IMG/VR virus record: IMGVR_UViG_3300027917_000040
Location: 8,944 to 72,943 of that record
Direction: 5' to 3' (one strand)
DNA from: a virus
DNA: 64,000 bases
Positions within the stretch are counted from its first letter, which is position 1, and each line of letters begins with the position of its first letter. The position numbers and the translations under genes are program-made. Shown here in pieces: positions 56,691 through 64,000 of the stretch. The notes beneath the pieces are model-generated. The model was not told the origin of the DNA. It made no database searches and was given only the letters and a program-made list of their open reading frames with translations.

Positions 56691-58880
56691 ATGATCAACT
56701 ACGAAGTCCAAGCAGGTGTTGCTCGCATTCTGGCAACTGAGAATTTGGTTGTCGAGCACCGCAAGTGTGATACTGCACAGTTCAATGTCCATACCCGTGT
56801 CCTGACTCTTCCCAAGTGGGAAAAAGCATCTCCCACTGTCTTCGACCTTCTGGTTGCACATGAAGTCGGTCATGCTCTTTACACTCCTGACATTAACTGG
56901 ATTGCTGACCGTAAGATTCCTCCCAACATTGTGAACATTGTTGAGGATGCTCGCATTGAGAAACTGATGAAGCGTCGTTTCGGTGGTCTTCCTAAGATCT
57001 TCTATCGTGGATATTCTGAGATGCAGCAGGATGACTTCTTTGAGTTGAAAGATGATGATTTGAGCACTTATAGTTTTCCTGATCGTATCAACCTTTACTT
57101 CAAGGTCGGTAACTTCCTTGATATTCGATTTGATCCTGACGAACTTCCTATCGTCGAGATGGTAAAGAATGCCGAGACATTTGATGATGTCTTGGATGCT
57201 GCTGAGGCAGTTTATGAGAAGTGCAAGAAACCAGAAGATACTGTTCAAGAGGATGTTCCCGCTCAGATTGACTCTTCTCAATCTGGTGGTGGCAGTGACT
57301 TCTCTGATACTGAAATGCCCCAAGATTCTTCTCAAGGTGAGCAAAGTGAAGAAGGTGAGCAGTCTGCATCTGAGCAAGATTCTGAAACTAACGATTCTGG
57401 ATCTACTGTTCCCGATTCTCAACCTTCCGATCAGGATACTCAAACTAATCAAACTGATAATGGTGCTGGTAAAGGTTCTGGAACTGAAACCCGCACTGAC
57501 AGCACCTTGAATCGCACACTGTCAGAACTCAATCAAAACAATTCTCCAGACAATATTTATCTGGAGTTTCCGGATCTCATGATGGAAAATGTTATTGCAT
57601 CTAACTCTGAGATTCATGATTACATCGACCAAGAGTTTGCTGCTCAACTAAAAGCACAACCTGATTACCTGGGTCAAAGCATCTTTCATAATGCGGATTC
57701 TGAATATCAAAAATACAAATCGGAATCTATTAAGGAAGTCAACTATCTTGTCAAAGAGTTTGAGTGCAAGAAGTCTGCAGATGCCTATGCCCGTGCTACG
57801 GTGTCTAAAACTGGTGTCCTTGATTGCACCAAACTTCATACCTACAAGTACAACGAAGATCTCTTCAAGAAAGTCACCACAATTCCTGATGGTAAGAATC
57901 ATGGTTTGATCTTCATTCTTGATTGGTCTGGATCGATGGGTCAAACCATTATCCAAACTGTTAAGCAACTGTTCAACTTGGTCAACTTCTGCAAGAAGTG
58001 CAACATCCCCTTTGATGTTTATACTTTCACGCAAAACTGGAAAATTAATTTGCAGACTTCTTGTAATGTCAAACCTATTGCGGGTAAAATCAAGGTTGAC
58101 GATGATTTCTGTCTCATGAATATTCTCACCAGTTCTGTGAGTAATCGTGTGATTGAAAATCAGATGAAGAATATCTGGCGAGTTGTTTATGCCATTAGAA
58201 TGTGGACTCCTTATAGTTATCCTGCTCGTTTGACTCTTTCTGGCACTCCTCTTAACGAGACGATGTGTGCTCTCCGTAAGATCATTCCTGCGTTTCAGAA
58301 GAAAACCGGACTCCAGAAAACTCACTGCATTGTCCTGACTGACGGTGAAGGTAACACCCTTCAATATCACAAGGAAGTCACTCGTAAGTCATATCATGAC
58401 GATGGTGGGACTTACACTCAAATCGGCACTTCTACTGCCTATTACACTGATGGTGAAGTTTTCCTTCGCAATCGTGCCACCGGCAAGGTTTATCGATTTA
58501 AAAAGCATAACGCATATTCTCACCAAGACACTCTTCTTGAAGCACTTCAGGATGAGTTTCCAGATGTCAACTTCATCGGATTCCGTATCCTCGATAGTGG
58601 TCATGAAGCAGGTAAACTGATTCAGGCATACTGCGATTACACAGAATCTGAGAAGTTGATGTCTTCTTGGAAGAAGAACAAGGTCTTCAGCATCACTTCT
58701 AGTCCCTACAGCAGTTACTTCGGACTGTCCAACTCTGCTCTGCAGAACGATGTTGACTACCTTGACAATCTGGAAGATGGTGCAACCAAAACTCAGATTC
58801 GCACCGCAATGCGTAAAACCCTTGCAGGTAAGAAGATGAACAAGAAGATTCTCTCCGAGTTCATCGATCTGGTTGCCTAA
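56691..58880 (+). CDS. HExxH metallopeptidase-like / VWA-domain protein (CobT-like partner of CobS/MoxR ATPase)
   Basis: AHEVGH and NIVEDARIEK at the N-terminus; acidic S/Q/D linker; MIDAS DWSGS, LSGTPL and IVLTDGE. Confidence 0.85.
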   Translation: MINYEVQAGVARILATENLVVEHRKCDTAQFNVHTRVLTLPKWEKASPTVFDLLVAHEVGHALYTPDINWIADRKIPPNIVNIVEDARIEKLMKRRFGGLPKIFYRGYSEMQQDDFFELKDDDLSTYSFPDRINLYFKVGNFLDIRFDPDELPIVEMVKNAETFDDVLDAAEAVYEKCKKPEDTVQEDVPAQIDSSQSGGGSDFSDTEMPQDSSQGEQSEEGEQSASEQDSETNDSGSTVPDSQPSDQDTQTNQTDNGAGKGSGTETRTDSTLNRTLSELNQNNSPDNIYLEFPDLMMENVIASNSEIHDYIDQEFAAQLKAQPDYLGQSIFHNADSEYQKYKSESIKEVNYLVKEFECKKSADAYARATVSKTGVLDCTKLHTYKYNEDLFKKVTTIPDGKNHGLIFILDWSGSMGQTIIQTVKQLFNLVNFCKKCNIPFDVYTFTQNWKINLQTSCNVKPIAGKIKVDDDFCLMNILTSSVSNRVIENQMKNIWRVVYAIRMWTPYSYPARLTLSGTPLNETMCALRKIIPAFQKKTGLQKTHCIVLTDGEGNTLQYHKEVTRKSYHDDGGTYTQIGTSTAYYTDGEVFLRNRATGKVYRFKKHNAYSHQDTLLEALQDEFPDVNFIGFRILDSGHEAGKLIQAYCDYTESEKLMSSWKKNKVFSITSSPYSSYFGLSNSALQNDVDYLDNLEDGATKTQIRTAMRKTLAGKKMNKKILSEFIDLVA

Positions 58881-58882
58881 TG

Positions 58883-58940
58883 TGCCAGTCGGCAGAGTGT
58901 CCACTCTGGACACTCACCACCCCCATCCATGCCCTATACT
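58883..58940 (+). promoter_or_regulatory. early-type promoter: 7-6-7 palindrome plus -10 TATACT
   Basis: TGCCAGT-N6-AGTGTCC (58883-58902) lies 32 nt before TATACT (58935-58940). Additional inverted repeat GAGTGTCCA-ctc-TGGACACTC. Confidence 0.6.
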
Positions 58941-58966
58941 TACTTCAGTTCAAACAAACCCACACA

Positions 58967-60097
58967 ATGATCACCATGACTCAAGACCAAATCATCAACG
59001 AACTCAAGTCCCTCTACGGCAACGAGATCACCACCAGTGATGTCAATGCATACTGTGCCATGCACGACGTTTCTTATCCCACCATCACCCGTCGTCTTGA
59101 GCAATACAAGACCAGTCGTGGTCGTTGGAATCTTGAAGTGACCGAAGAGCGAGTCCAGGAGATCGAGACCGCTTTCAATGCTCCTTCTGTTGTTCCCGAT
59201 CAGGAACGTGTTGCCTTTATTCCCGAGAAAGACCAAACTTTCGTCCCGTTTGGGAACTTTTCTGACCTTAAAAAGATCATCAAATCCAAGATCTTCTACC
59301 CTGCTTTCATCACTGGTTTGTCCGGTAACGGCAAGACCCTGAGTGTCGAGCAGGCATGTGCTCAACTCGGTCGTGAGTTGATTCGTGTCAACATCACCAT
59401 CGAGACCGATGAGGATGATCTGATTGGTGGTTTCCGTCTCATCAATGGTGATACTGCCTGGCATAATGGTCCTGTCATTGAGGCACTTGAGCGTGGTGCC
59501 ATCCTTTTGCTGGATGAGATCGATCTTGCCTCCAACAAGATCCTGTGTCTCCAGTCCATTCTTGAAGGTAAAGGTGTTTTCCTGAAAAAGATCGGTAAGT
59601 ATGTCAAACCTGCTGCTGGTTTCAATGTGATTGCCACTGCGAACACCAAGGGTAAGGGTAGTGAGGATGGTCGTTTCATCGGCACTAATGTGCTCAACGA
59701 AGCATTCCTTGAGCGTTTCCCTGTCACCATGGAGCAGTCCTATCCTACTCCTGCAACTGAGCAGAAGATCCTTGAGGGTATTGCTCTCGATCTCGGTGTC
59801 GAAGATCGTGACTTCTGCAAGATGCTGGTTGACTGGGCAGATAGCATCCGTAAGACCTTCTACGATGGTGGTGTCGATGAGGTGATCTCTACTCGTCGTC
59901 TGGTGCATATCATCCGTGCCTATAGCATCTTTGGCAACAAAGAGAAGGCATTCAAGTCCTGCATCAACCGTTTCGACGATGAAACTAAGGGCATTTTCCT
60001 GAGTGCCTATGACAAGTTTGATGCCGATTTTAATGCCAATGAAGCAGAAGAAGATGCCGTTGAAGGGAAAATTGTTATTGAGGAAACTTCCTATTGA
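58967..60097 (+). CDS. cobS: CobS-like / MoxR-type AAA+ ATPase
   Basis: Walker A GLSGNGKT, ETDEDDLIGG, Walker B LLLDEID, ATANTKG and NEAFLERF. Start moved to ATG 58967 because 58880-58966 is promoter DNA. Confidence 0.9.
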   Translation: MITMTQDQIINELKSLYGNEITTSDVNAYCAMHDVSYPTITRRLEQYKTSRGRWNLEVTEERVQEIETAFNAPSVVPDQERVAFIPEKDQTFVPFGNFSDLKKIIKSKIFYPAFITGLSGNGKTLSVEQACAQLGRELIRVNITIETDEDDLIGGFRLINGDTAWHNGPVIEALERGAILLLDEIDLASNKILCLQSILEGKGVFLKKIGKYVKPAAGFNVIATANTKGKGSEDGRFIGTNVLNEAFLERFPVTMEQSYPTPATEQKILEGIALDLGVEDRDFCKMLVDWADSIRKTFYDGGVDEVISTRRLVHIIRAYSIFGNKEKAFKSCINRFDDETKGIFLSAYDKFDADFNANEAEEDAVEGKIVIEETSY

Positions 60098-60122
60098 CAT
60101 TGAACTAGAAACCTGATATAAT
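60094..60122 (+). promoter_or_regulatory. consensus sigma70 promoter
   Basis: TTGACA (60094-60099), 17-nt spacer, TATAAT (60117-60122) with extended -10 TG. Confidence 0.85.
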
Positions 60123-60124
60123 TG

Positions 60125-60152
60125 GGAGAGGTAATTATGCTTCTCCTTTTTT
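60125..60152 (+). terminator. probable Rho-independent terminator of the cobS unit
   Basis: GGAGAGGTA-ATTA-TGCTTCTCC stem (two G-U pairs) followed by T6. Confidence 0.6.
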
Positions 60153-60755
60153 ATGGACAATAAACAAAATATGACAGAGGTAGCAAAAAATTTAAATAAA
60201 AATCCAGTAAACCTTCCAGAAGAACTTAAAAAACTTCTTAATCAAAATCAAAATGATGAAGAAGAATGTGCTGAATGTTATTCTAGTGCTTCAAATGCTT
60301 GGATGACCATGACACCGGATATGCCAGAAATTTTGAAAAAAAATCCTCGTGAAAAAGTAGAAGAACGACTTGAAAACCAATATGAGTTGTATAAAGAAGC
60401 GGTAGAAGAAGAGCATGTAGAAGGAAATCATCAAAAAATTGTCAGAGACAATATAAATGGATTCTGGAAGTATGAAGAAGACAAAACTTTAAAAGAACTC
60501 CAAGATTATCTTTCCGGCACTTACAGATCTCACTACACATCTCAAGAATCTAAAACTCAAACACTTGATCTGATTGAGAGTATTGGTGATGCAGAACCTT
60601 TCTGCAGATCTAATGCAATCAAGTATCTCTCACGTTTTGGTAAGAAGAATGGAAAGTCTAAACTTGACATTTTGAAAGCAATGCACTATTGTGTTCTTCT
60701 CTACCACTTTGCTGGACTCCACAAAAAATCGACTGATAATTATGAAACTTTCTGA
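60153..60755 (+). CDS. DUF3310-like protein (T7 gp1.7 nucleotide-kinase-related)
   Basis: C-terminal TYRSHY..TLDLIESIG..FCRSNAIKYLSRFGKKNG..DILKAMHY; usual neighbour of cobS and gp45. Confidence 0.65.
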   Translation: MDNKQNMTEVAKNLNKNPVNLPEELKKLLNQNQNDEEECAECYSSASNAWMTMTPDMPEILKKNPREKVEERLENQYELYKEAVEEEHVEGNHQKIVRDNINGFWKYEEDKTLKELQDYLSGTYRSHYTSQESKTQTLDLIESIGDAEPFCRSNAIKYLSRFGKKNGKSKLDILKAMHYCVLLYHFAGLHKKSTDNYETF

Positions 60756-61413
60756 AAAGACTACTACCATCCTTAAAAACTTTTCTGGTATTAACAACTC
60801 TATTCTTTTTAAAGAAGGAAATGTAGTCCGCACGATTTCTGTTATGAAGAATATCTATGCGGAAGCAACAGTAGATGAAAACTTCCCTAAAGATTTTGGA
60901 GTTTATGATCTTCCACAATTTTTGAATGGTCTCAATCTTCACCGTCAAGCAGAACTTAATTTTGATAATGAAAGTTATGTAGTTATCAAAGAAGGTAAAT
61001 CTAGATCTAAGTTTTTCTTTGCTTCCGAAAACACCATTGTGACTCCTCCCAATAAAAGTATTACTTTGTCCCAGGAGGATGTTTGTTTCCAAATTGATAC
61101 AACACAACTAGATAAACTTTTGAAAGCATCTGCCGTATATCAAGCACCAGACCTTTCTGCTATTGGTAAAGACGGAGTTGTTGAATTGGTTGTTCGTGAT
61201 AAGAAAAACGATACATCAAACGATTACTCAGTTACTGTTGGTGAAACTGATTCTGAATTTACTTGTAACTTTAAAGTTGAGAATCTTAAAATTATTTCTG
61301 GATCTTACGATGTATGTCTCTCAAAAGAAAAAGGTGGAATTGGGCGGTTTAAAAGTCGAGATTATGATCTGACTTATTACATTGCTCTAGAACCTGATTC
61401 AACTTTTAATTAA
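60742..61413 (+). CDS. gp45: DNA polymerase sliding clamp gp45
   Basis: MKLSEKT..LKNFSGINNSI, FGVYDLPQFL, FKVENLKII.G.Y and YYIALEPDS; start set at ATG 60742. Confidence 0.95.
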   Translation: MKLSEKTTTILKNFSGINNSILFKEGNVVRTISVMKNIYAEATVDENFPKDFGVYDLPQFLNGLNLHRQAELNFDNESYVVIKEGKSRSKFFFASENTIVTPPNKSITLSQEDVCFQIDTTQLDKLLKASAVYQAPDLSAIGKDGVVELVVRDKKNDTSNDYSVTVGETDSEFTCNFKVENLKIISGSYDVCLSKEKGGIGRFKSRDYDLTYYIALEPDSTFN

Positions 61414-61631
61414 TGAATGCAAATCAACTGCGAGTTTTGGGAAGTGTCTTGCTTATAGTGGGATACTTCCTTATTTTATATGTTTCAGTATATTTCGGAT
61501 GTTGGTTTCGATTGATCGGCAACTTGGCAATGATCCCATTTGCTGTTAAGATCAAGACATGGGACATCGTGGGACTGGAAGCGTTTTTCTCAGTCATCGA
61601 TGCCTCCAAGATCATTCAACTTTCACTATGA
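61413..61631 (+). CDS. small membrane protein
   Basis: 72 aa with 2-3 hydrophobic segments; overlaps both neighbouring genes. Confidence 0.65.
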   Translation: MNANQLRVLGSVLLIVGYFLILYVSVYFGCWFRLIGNLAMIPFAVKIKTWDIVGLEAFFSVIDASKIIQLSL

Positions 61632-62140
61632 ACATCTTTGTGACTTCTCCCTGGCCTGCTGAGTCTGCCATCTGTCTCCCAGATAAGCACATCGTCAAAA
61701 TGCCCCTAGAGTGCTGCCAGATGCTATCCATCGTTGCTTCCGACAAATGGGGTCATGGGTATGGACACCTCTATAAGGCAGACCACACCCCCTACAAGAC
61801 CGAGAAGGGGGCATTCCGTAACCATCCATGCACCAAATGGGCATCTGAGTCCGTCAACAATGCCTGGTGGTTGATCAAGCACGGTTTGAATCTGTGCGAC
61901 GAATATGTGCTAAGATATGACAAGGTTCACTCTTGCTATAAGACCCTCGTAGATGCTTTCTATCTTTTCCCAAGAGGCAAAGTCACTGAAGTCACACCAT
62001 TTGCCAGAGCAATGCCAGACGAGTATAAACTTGACACAGGCATTGACACTTTTACTGCTTACAAGATGTATATCGCATCCAAACCTTGGGTTGCATCTAA
62101 TTATCTTCGTATGCCAGAACGGAAACCTGATTGGATTTGA
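61628..62140 (+). CDS. pyrimidine-dimer DNA glycosylase-like (DenV-related) protein
   Basis: MNIFVT..PDKHIVKMPLECCQML, FRNHPCTKWA and FARAMPD motifs; start set at ATG 61628. Confidence 0.7.
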   Translation: MNIFVTSPWPAESAICLPDKHIVKMPLECCQMLSIVASDKWGHGYGHLYKADHTPYKTEKGAFRNHPCTKWASESVNNAWWLIKHGLNLCDEYVLRYDKVHSCYKTLVDAFYLFPRGKVTEVTPFARAMPDEYKLDTGIDTFTAYKMYIASKPWVASNYLRMPERKPDWI

Positions 62141-62142
62141 TT

Positions 62143-63090
62143 ATGAATAACACTGATTTTCTTTGGGTCGAGCAATACCGACCAAAAACTATTGACGAAT
62201 GTATTCTCCCAGAATCTACTAAGGAGACATTCAAGCAGTTCGTGAAGAAGGGTGAGATTCCTAATCTCCTCCTTTCTGGTCCTCCGGGGATCGGTAAGAC
62301 GACTGTGGCAAAGGCACTATGCAATGAACTTGGTGCTGATTTCTACATGATCAACGGATCTGACGAAGGTCGATTCTTGGACACGGTAAGGAATCAGGCA
62401 AAGAACTTTGCATCGACTAATTCTCTTATGTCTGACGCAAAGCATAAGGTTATCATTATTGACGAGGCAGACAATACTGGTAATGATGTTCAGTTGCTTT
62501 TGCGAGCAAATATTGAGCAGTTTTATAGTAACTGTCGTTTTATCTTTACATGTAACTATAAGAACAAGATTCTTGAACCACTTCAGAGTCGATGTGCTGT
62601 AGTTGATTTTGCACTGAAAGGTAAAGATAAAGCAAAACTATCTGGTGAGTTTTTTGCACGACTTAAAAGTATCCTAGATAGTAATCTTGTTGAATATGAC
62701 GAAAAGGTTTTGATTCAACTTGTTAAGAGTCATTTCCCAGATTGGAGAAGGATTCTTAATGAGTGTCAAAGATATTCTGCAGGTGGAAAGATTGATACTG
62801 GAATTCTTGCAATGTTTTCTGACATTGCAGTTGACGAATTGATTAAAAATCTAAAAGCAAAGAAGTTTAATGAAGTTCGTAAGTGGGTAGTTTCCAATCT
62901 TGATAATGATGCTGGCATTGTTCTCCGTAGAGTTTATGATGCTTGTTATGAAAAACTAACTCCTTCTAGTGTTCCACATGCAATCTTAATCGTAGCAAAA
63001 TATCAATATCAGTCCGCATTTGTTGCAGATCAGGAAATCAACCTACTTGCAGCATTGACTGAGATTATGGTAGAATGTGAGTTTAAATGA
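62143..63090 (+). CDS. gp44: clamp loader large subunit gp44
   Basis: LWVEQYRP, GPPGIGKTT, IIIDEAD, LQSRC and FPDWRR motifs. Confidence 0.96.
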   Translation: MNNTDFLWVEQYRPKTIDECILPESTKETFKQFVKKGEIPNLLLSGPPGIGKTTVAKALCNELGADFYMINGSDEGRFLDTVRNQAKNFASTNSLMSDAKHKVIIIDEADNTGNDVQLLLRANIEQFYSNCRFIFTCNYKNKILEPLQSRCAVVDFALKGKDKAKLSGEFFARLKSILDSNLVEYDEKVLIQLVKSHFPDWRRILNECQRYSAGGKIDTGILAMFSDIAVDELIKNLKAKKFNEVRKWVVSNLDNDAGIVLRRVYDACYEKLTPSSVPHAILIVAKYQYQSAFVADQEINLLAALTEIMVECEFK

Positions 63091-63099
63091 GGAATAAAA

Positions 63100-63393
63100 A
63101 TGTTAAATGTTAAACTGGTAAGATTGTCCACAGGCGAGGATGTAATCACTAACGTAATTGAAGACACCGATTCTTATGTGAAATTTAAGAATCCGATTGT
63201 TTCTTTCCCTACTCAAGAAGGTAGGATTGGTTTTGCTCCTTGGTCTCCATTGATTGATAAAAAAACTCCAGAAATGGAAGTATCTAAAAATTTTATCATC
63301 TATGTTGCCAATCCCGATGAAAACATTATCGAGCAATACAACCAAATGTTTGGTAGCAAACTTGTAACTCCAAAGAAAGATCTTATTCTTTAA
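63100..63393 (+). CDS. conserved hypothetical protein (possible Sm-like fold)
   Basis: VKLVRLSTGEDVI..NPI..GFAPWSP..YNQMFGS; GAGG RBS. Confidence 0.75.
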   Translation: MLNVKLVRLSTGEDVITNVIEDTDSYVKFKNPIVSFPTQEGRIGFAPWSPLIDKKTPEMEVSKNFIIYVANPDENIIEQYNQMFGSKLVTPKKDLIL

Positions 63394-63400
63394 ATTTCTT

Positions 63401-63871
63401 ATGATTTATGTAGATTTTTCTAAAATGGATCTTGTTTGTTTTTGGAAAGAAGTTCATAATATTTTTGATGAATTTATAAAAGAAGAAATGCCATCTGAAT
63501 GTTATGGATGGAGGTCTTGGAAGATTGAAAAGGCATTTCAAAAACATTCAAAAAATCAACTGAAATGGGTTAACGGTGTTGGTTATGATTTTATCGGAAT
63601 AGATAATTTAAAATACGAATTTAAACAAGTTCAGAATGCGTTTAAAAATAATCAAACACCTCCCATAGTTGTTAAAAACTGGCGTAAAGATCGTAAAGAA
63701 TATAAAGTATCATTTGATTATTTGATTGTTGTTGATGTTGATCGTGAGACGCTGGGGATATTTGATGGAAGTTATGTCAATACTAAGTTTGAAGAAAATG
63801 ATGCTACAGTAACCGCAGTCCTTGAAAACAGAAAAGCAGAATTACACACTCCTTATCATGAAATCTCTTAA
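63401..63871 (+). CDS. hypothetical protein, putative PD-(D/E)xK nuclease
   Basis: IEKAF..GVGYDFIGIDNLKYEFK gives an E..D..ExK catalytic pattern; overlaps the dam start. Confidence 0.55.
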   Translation: MIYVDFSKMDLVCFWKEVHNIFDEFIKEEMPSECYGWRSWKIEKAFQKHSKNQLKWVNGVGYDFIGIDNLKYEFKQVQNAFKNNQTPPIVVKNWRKDRKEYKVSFDYLIVVDVDRETLGIFDGSYVNTKFEENDATVTAVLENRKAELHTPYHEIS

Positions 63872-64000
63872 AACTCCCCTTCGTTATCCTGGTGGCAAGT
63901 CCCGTGCTTGTAAAAAAATGGATCCATATTTTCCGGATCTAAAAAACTTTAAAGAATATCGAGAACCATTTCTTGGTGGTGGAAGTGTTGCAATTCATGT
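63858..64000 (+). CDS. dam: DNA adenine methyltransferase (D12/Dam family), 5' part; not in ORF track
   Basis: MKSLKTPLRYPGGKSRA..YREPFLGGGSVAIH contains the Dam-family YPGGK motif and the SAM-binding EPFxGGGSV motif. Confidence 0.9.
   Translation, partial: MKSLKTPLRYPGGKSRACKKMDPYFPDLKNFKEYREPFLGGGSVAIH

Noticed and set aside
58880-58966. N-terminal extension MCQSAECPLW... of the AAA+ ORF in the ORF track
   Set aside because: The region consists of the palindrome, -10 box and leader; the real start is more likely ATG 58967 or 58976.
58940-60160. 406-aa minus-strand ORF opposite cobS (also 56616-57452, 57648-58370 and 58389-58913)
   Set aside because: These are codon-register mirrors of strongly biased + strand genes that avoid TTA/CTA/TCA. 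They show no recognisable motifs, RBS or promoter.

Overview
This window is a 64-kb segment of a T4-like cyanomyovirus (Kyanoviridae-type; probable Synechococcus/Prochlorococcus host, inferred from gene content). Essentially all genes are on the + strand. About 1.2-51.8 kb is the late virion block: gp25, gp6, two giant gp7-like baseplate proteins, gp8, a VrlC-like protein, gp13-gp23, gp3, then uvsY and uvsW, with TAAATA late promoters. About 52.3-64 kb holds replication and early genes: gp55, gp47, gp46, an HExxH-peptidase/VWA protein plus CobS/MoxR-like AAA+ ATPase, a DUF3310-like protein, gp45, a DenV-like glycosylase, gp44, a PD-(D/E)xK-like ORF and the start of dam. I saw no tRNA, rRNA, CRISPR array or IS element. 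The most notable unannotated signals are: (i) a 49-aa basic ORF (56012-56161, absent from the ORF track) whose frame runs through its own intrinsic terminator, the architecture of ArfA/BrfA ribosome-rescue factors; (ii) a modular protein punctuated by prohead-protease-type sites; (iii) an Arg/Trp-rich segment in the VrlC-like protein; (iv) back-to-back sigma70 promoters at gp55, one firing antisense into the late block; (v) a 7-6-7 palindrome at fixed spacing from two -35-less promoters; (vi) a 10-bp-phased repeat array. All family assignments come from motif recognition and synteny; no database search was run.
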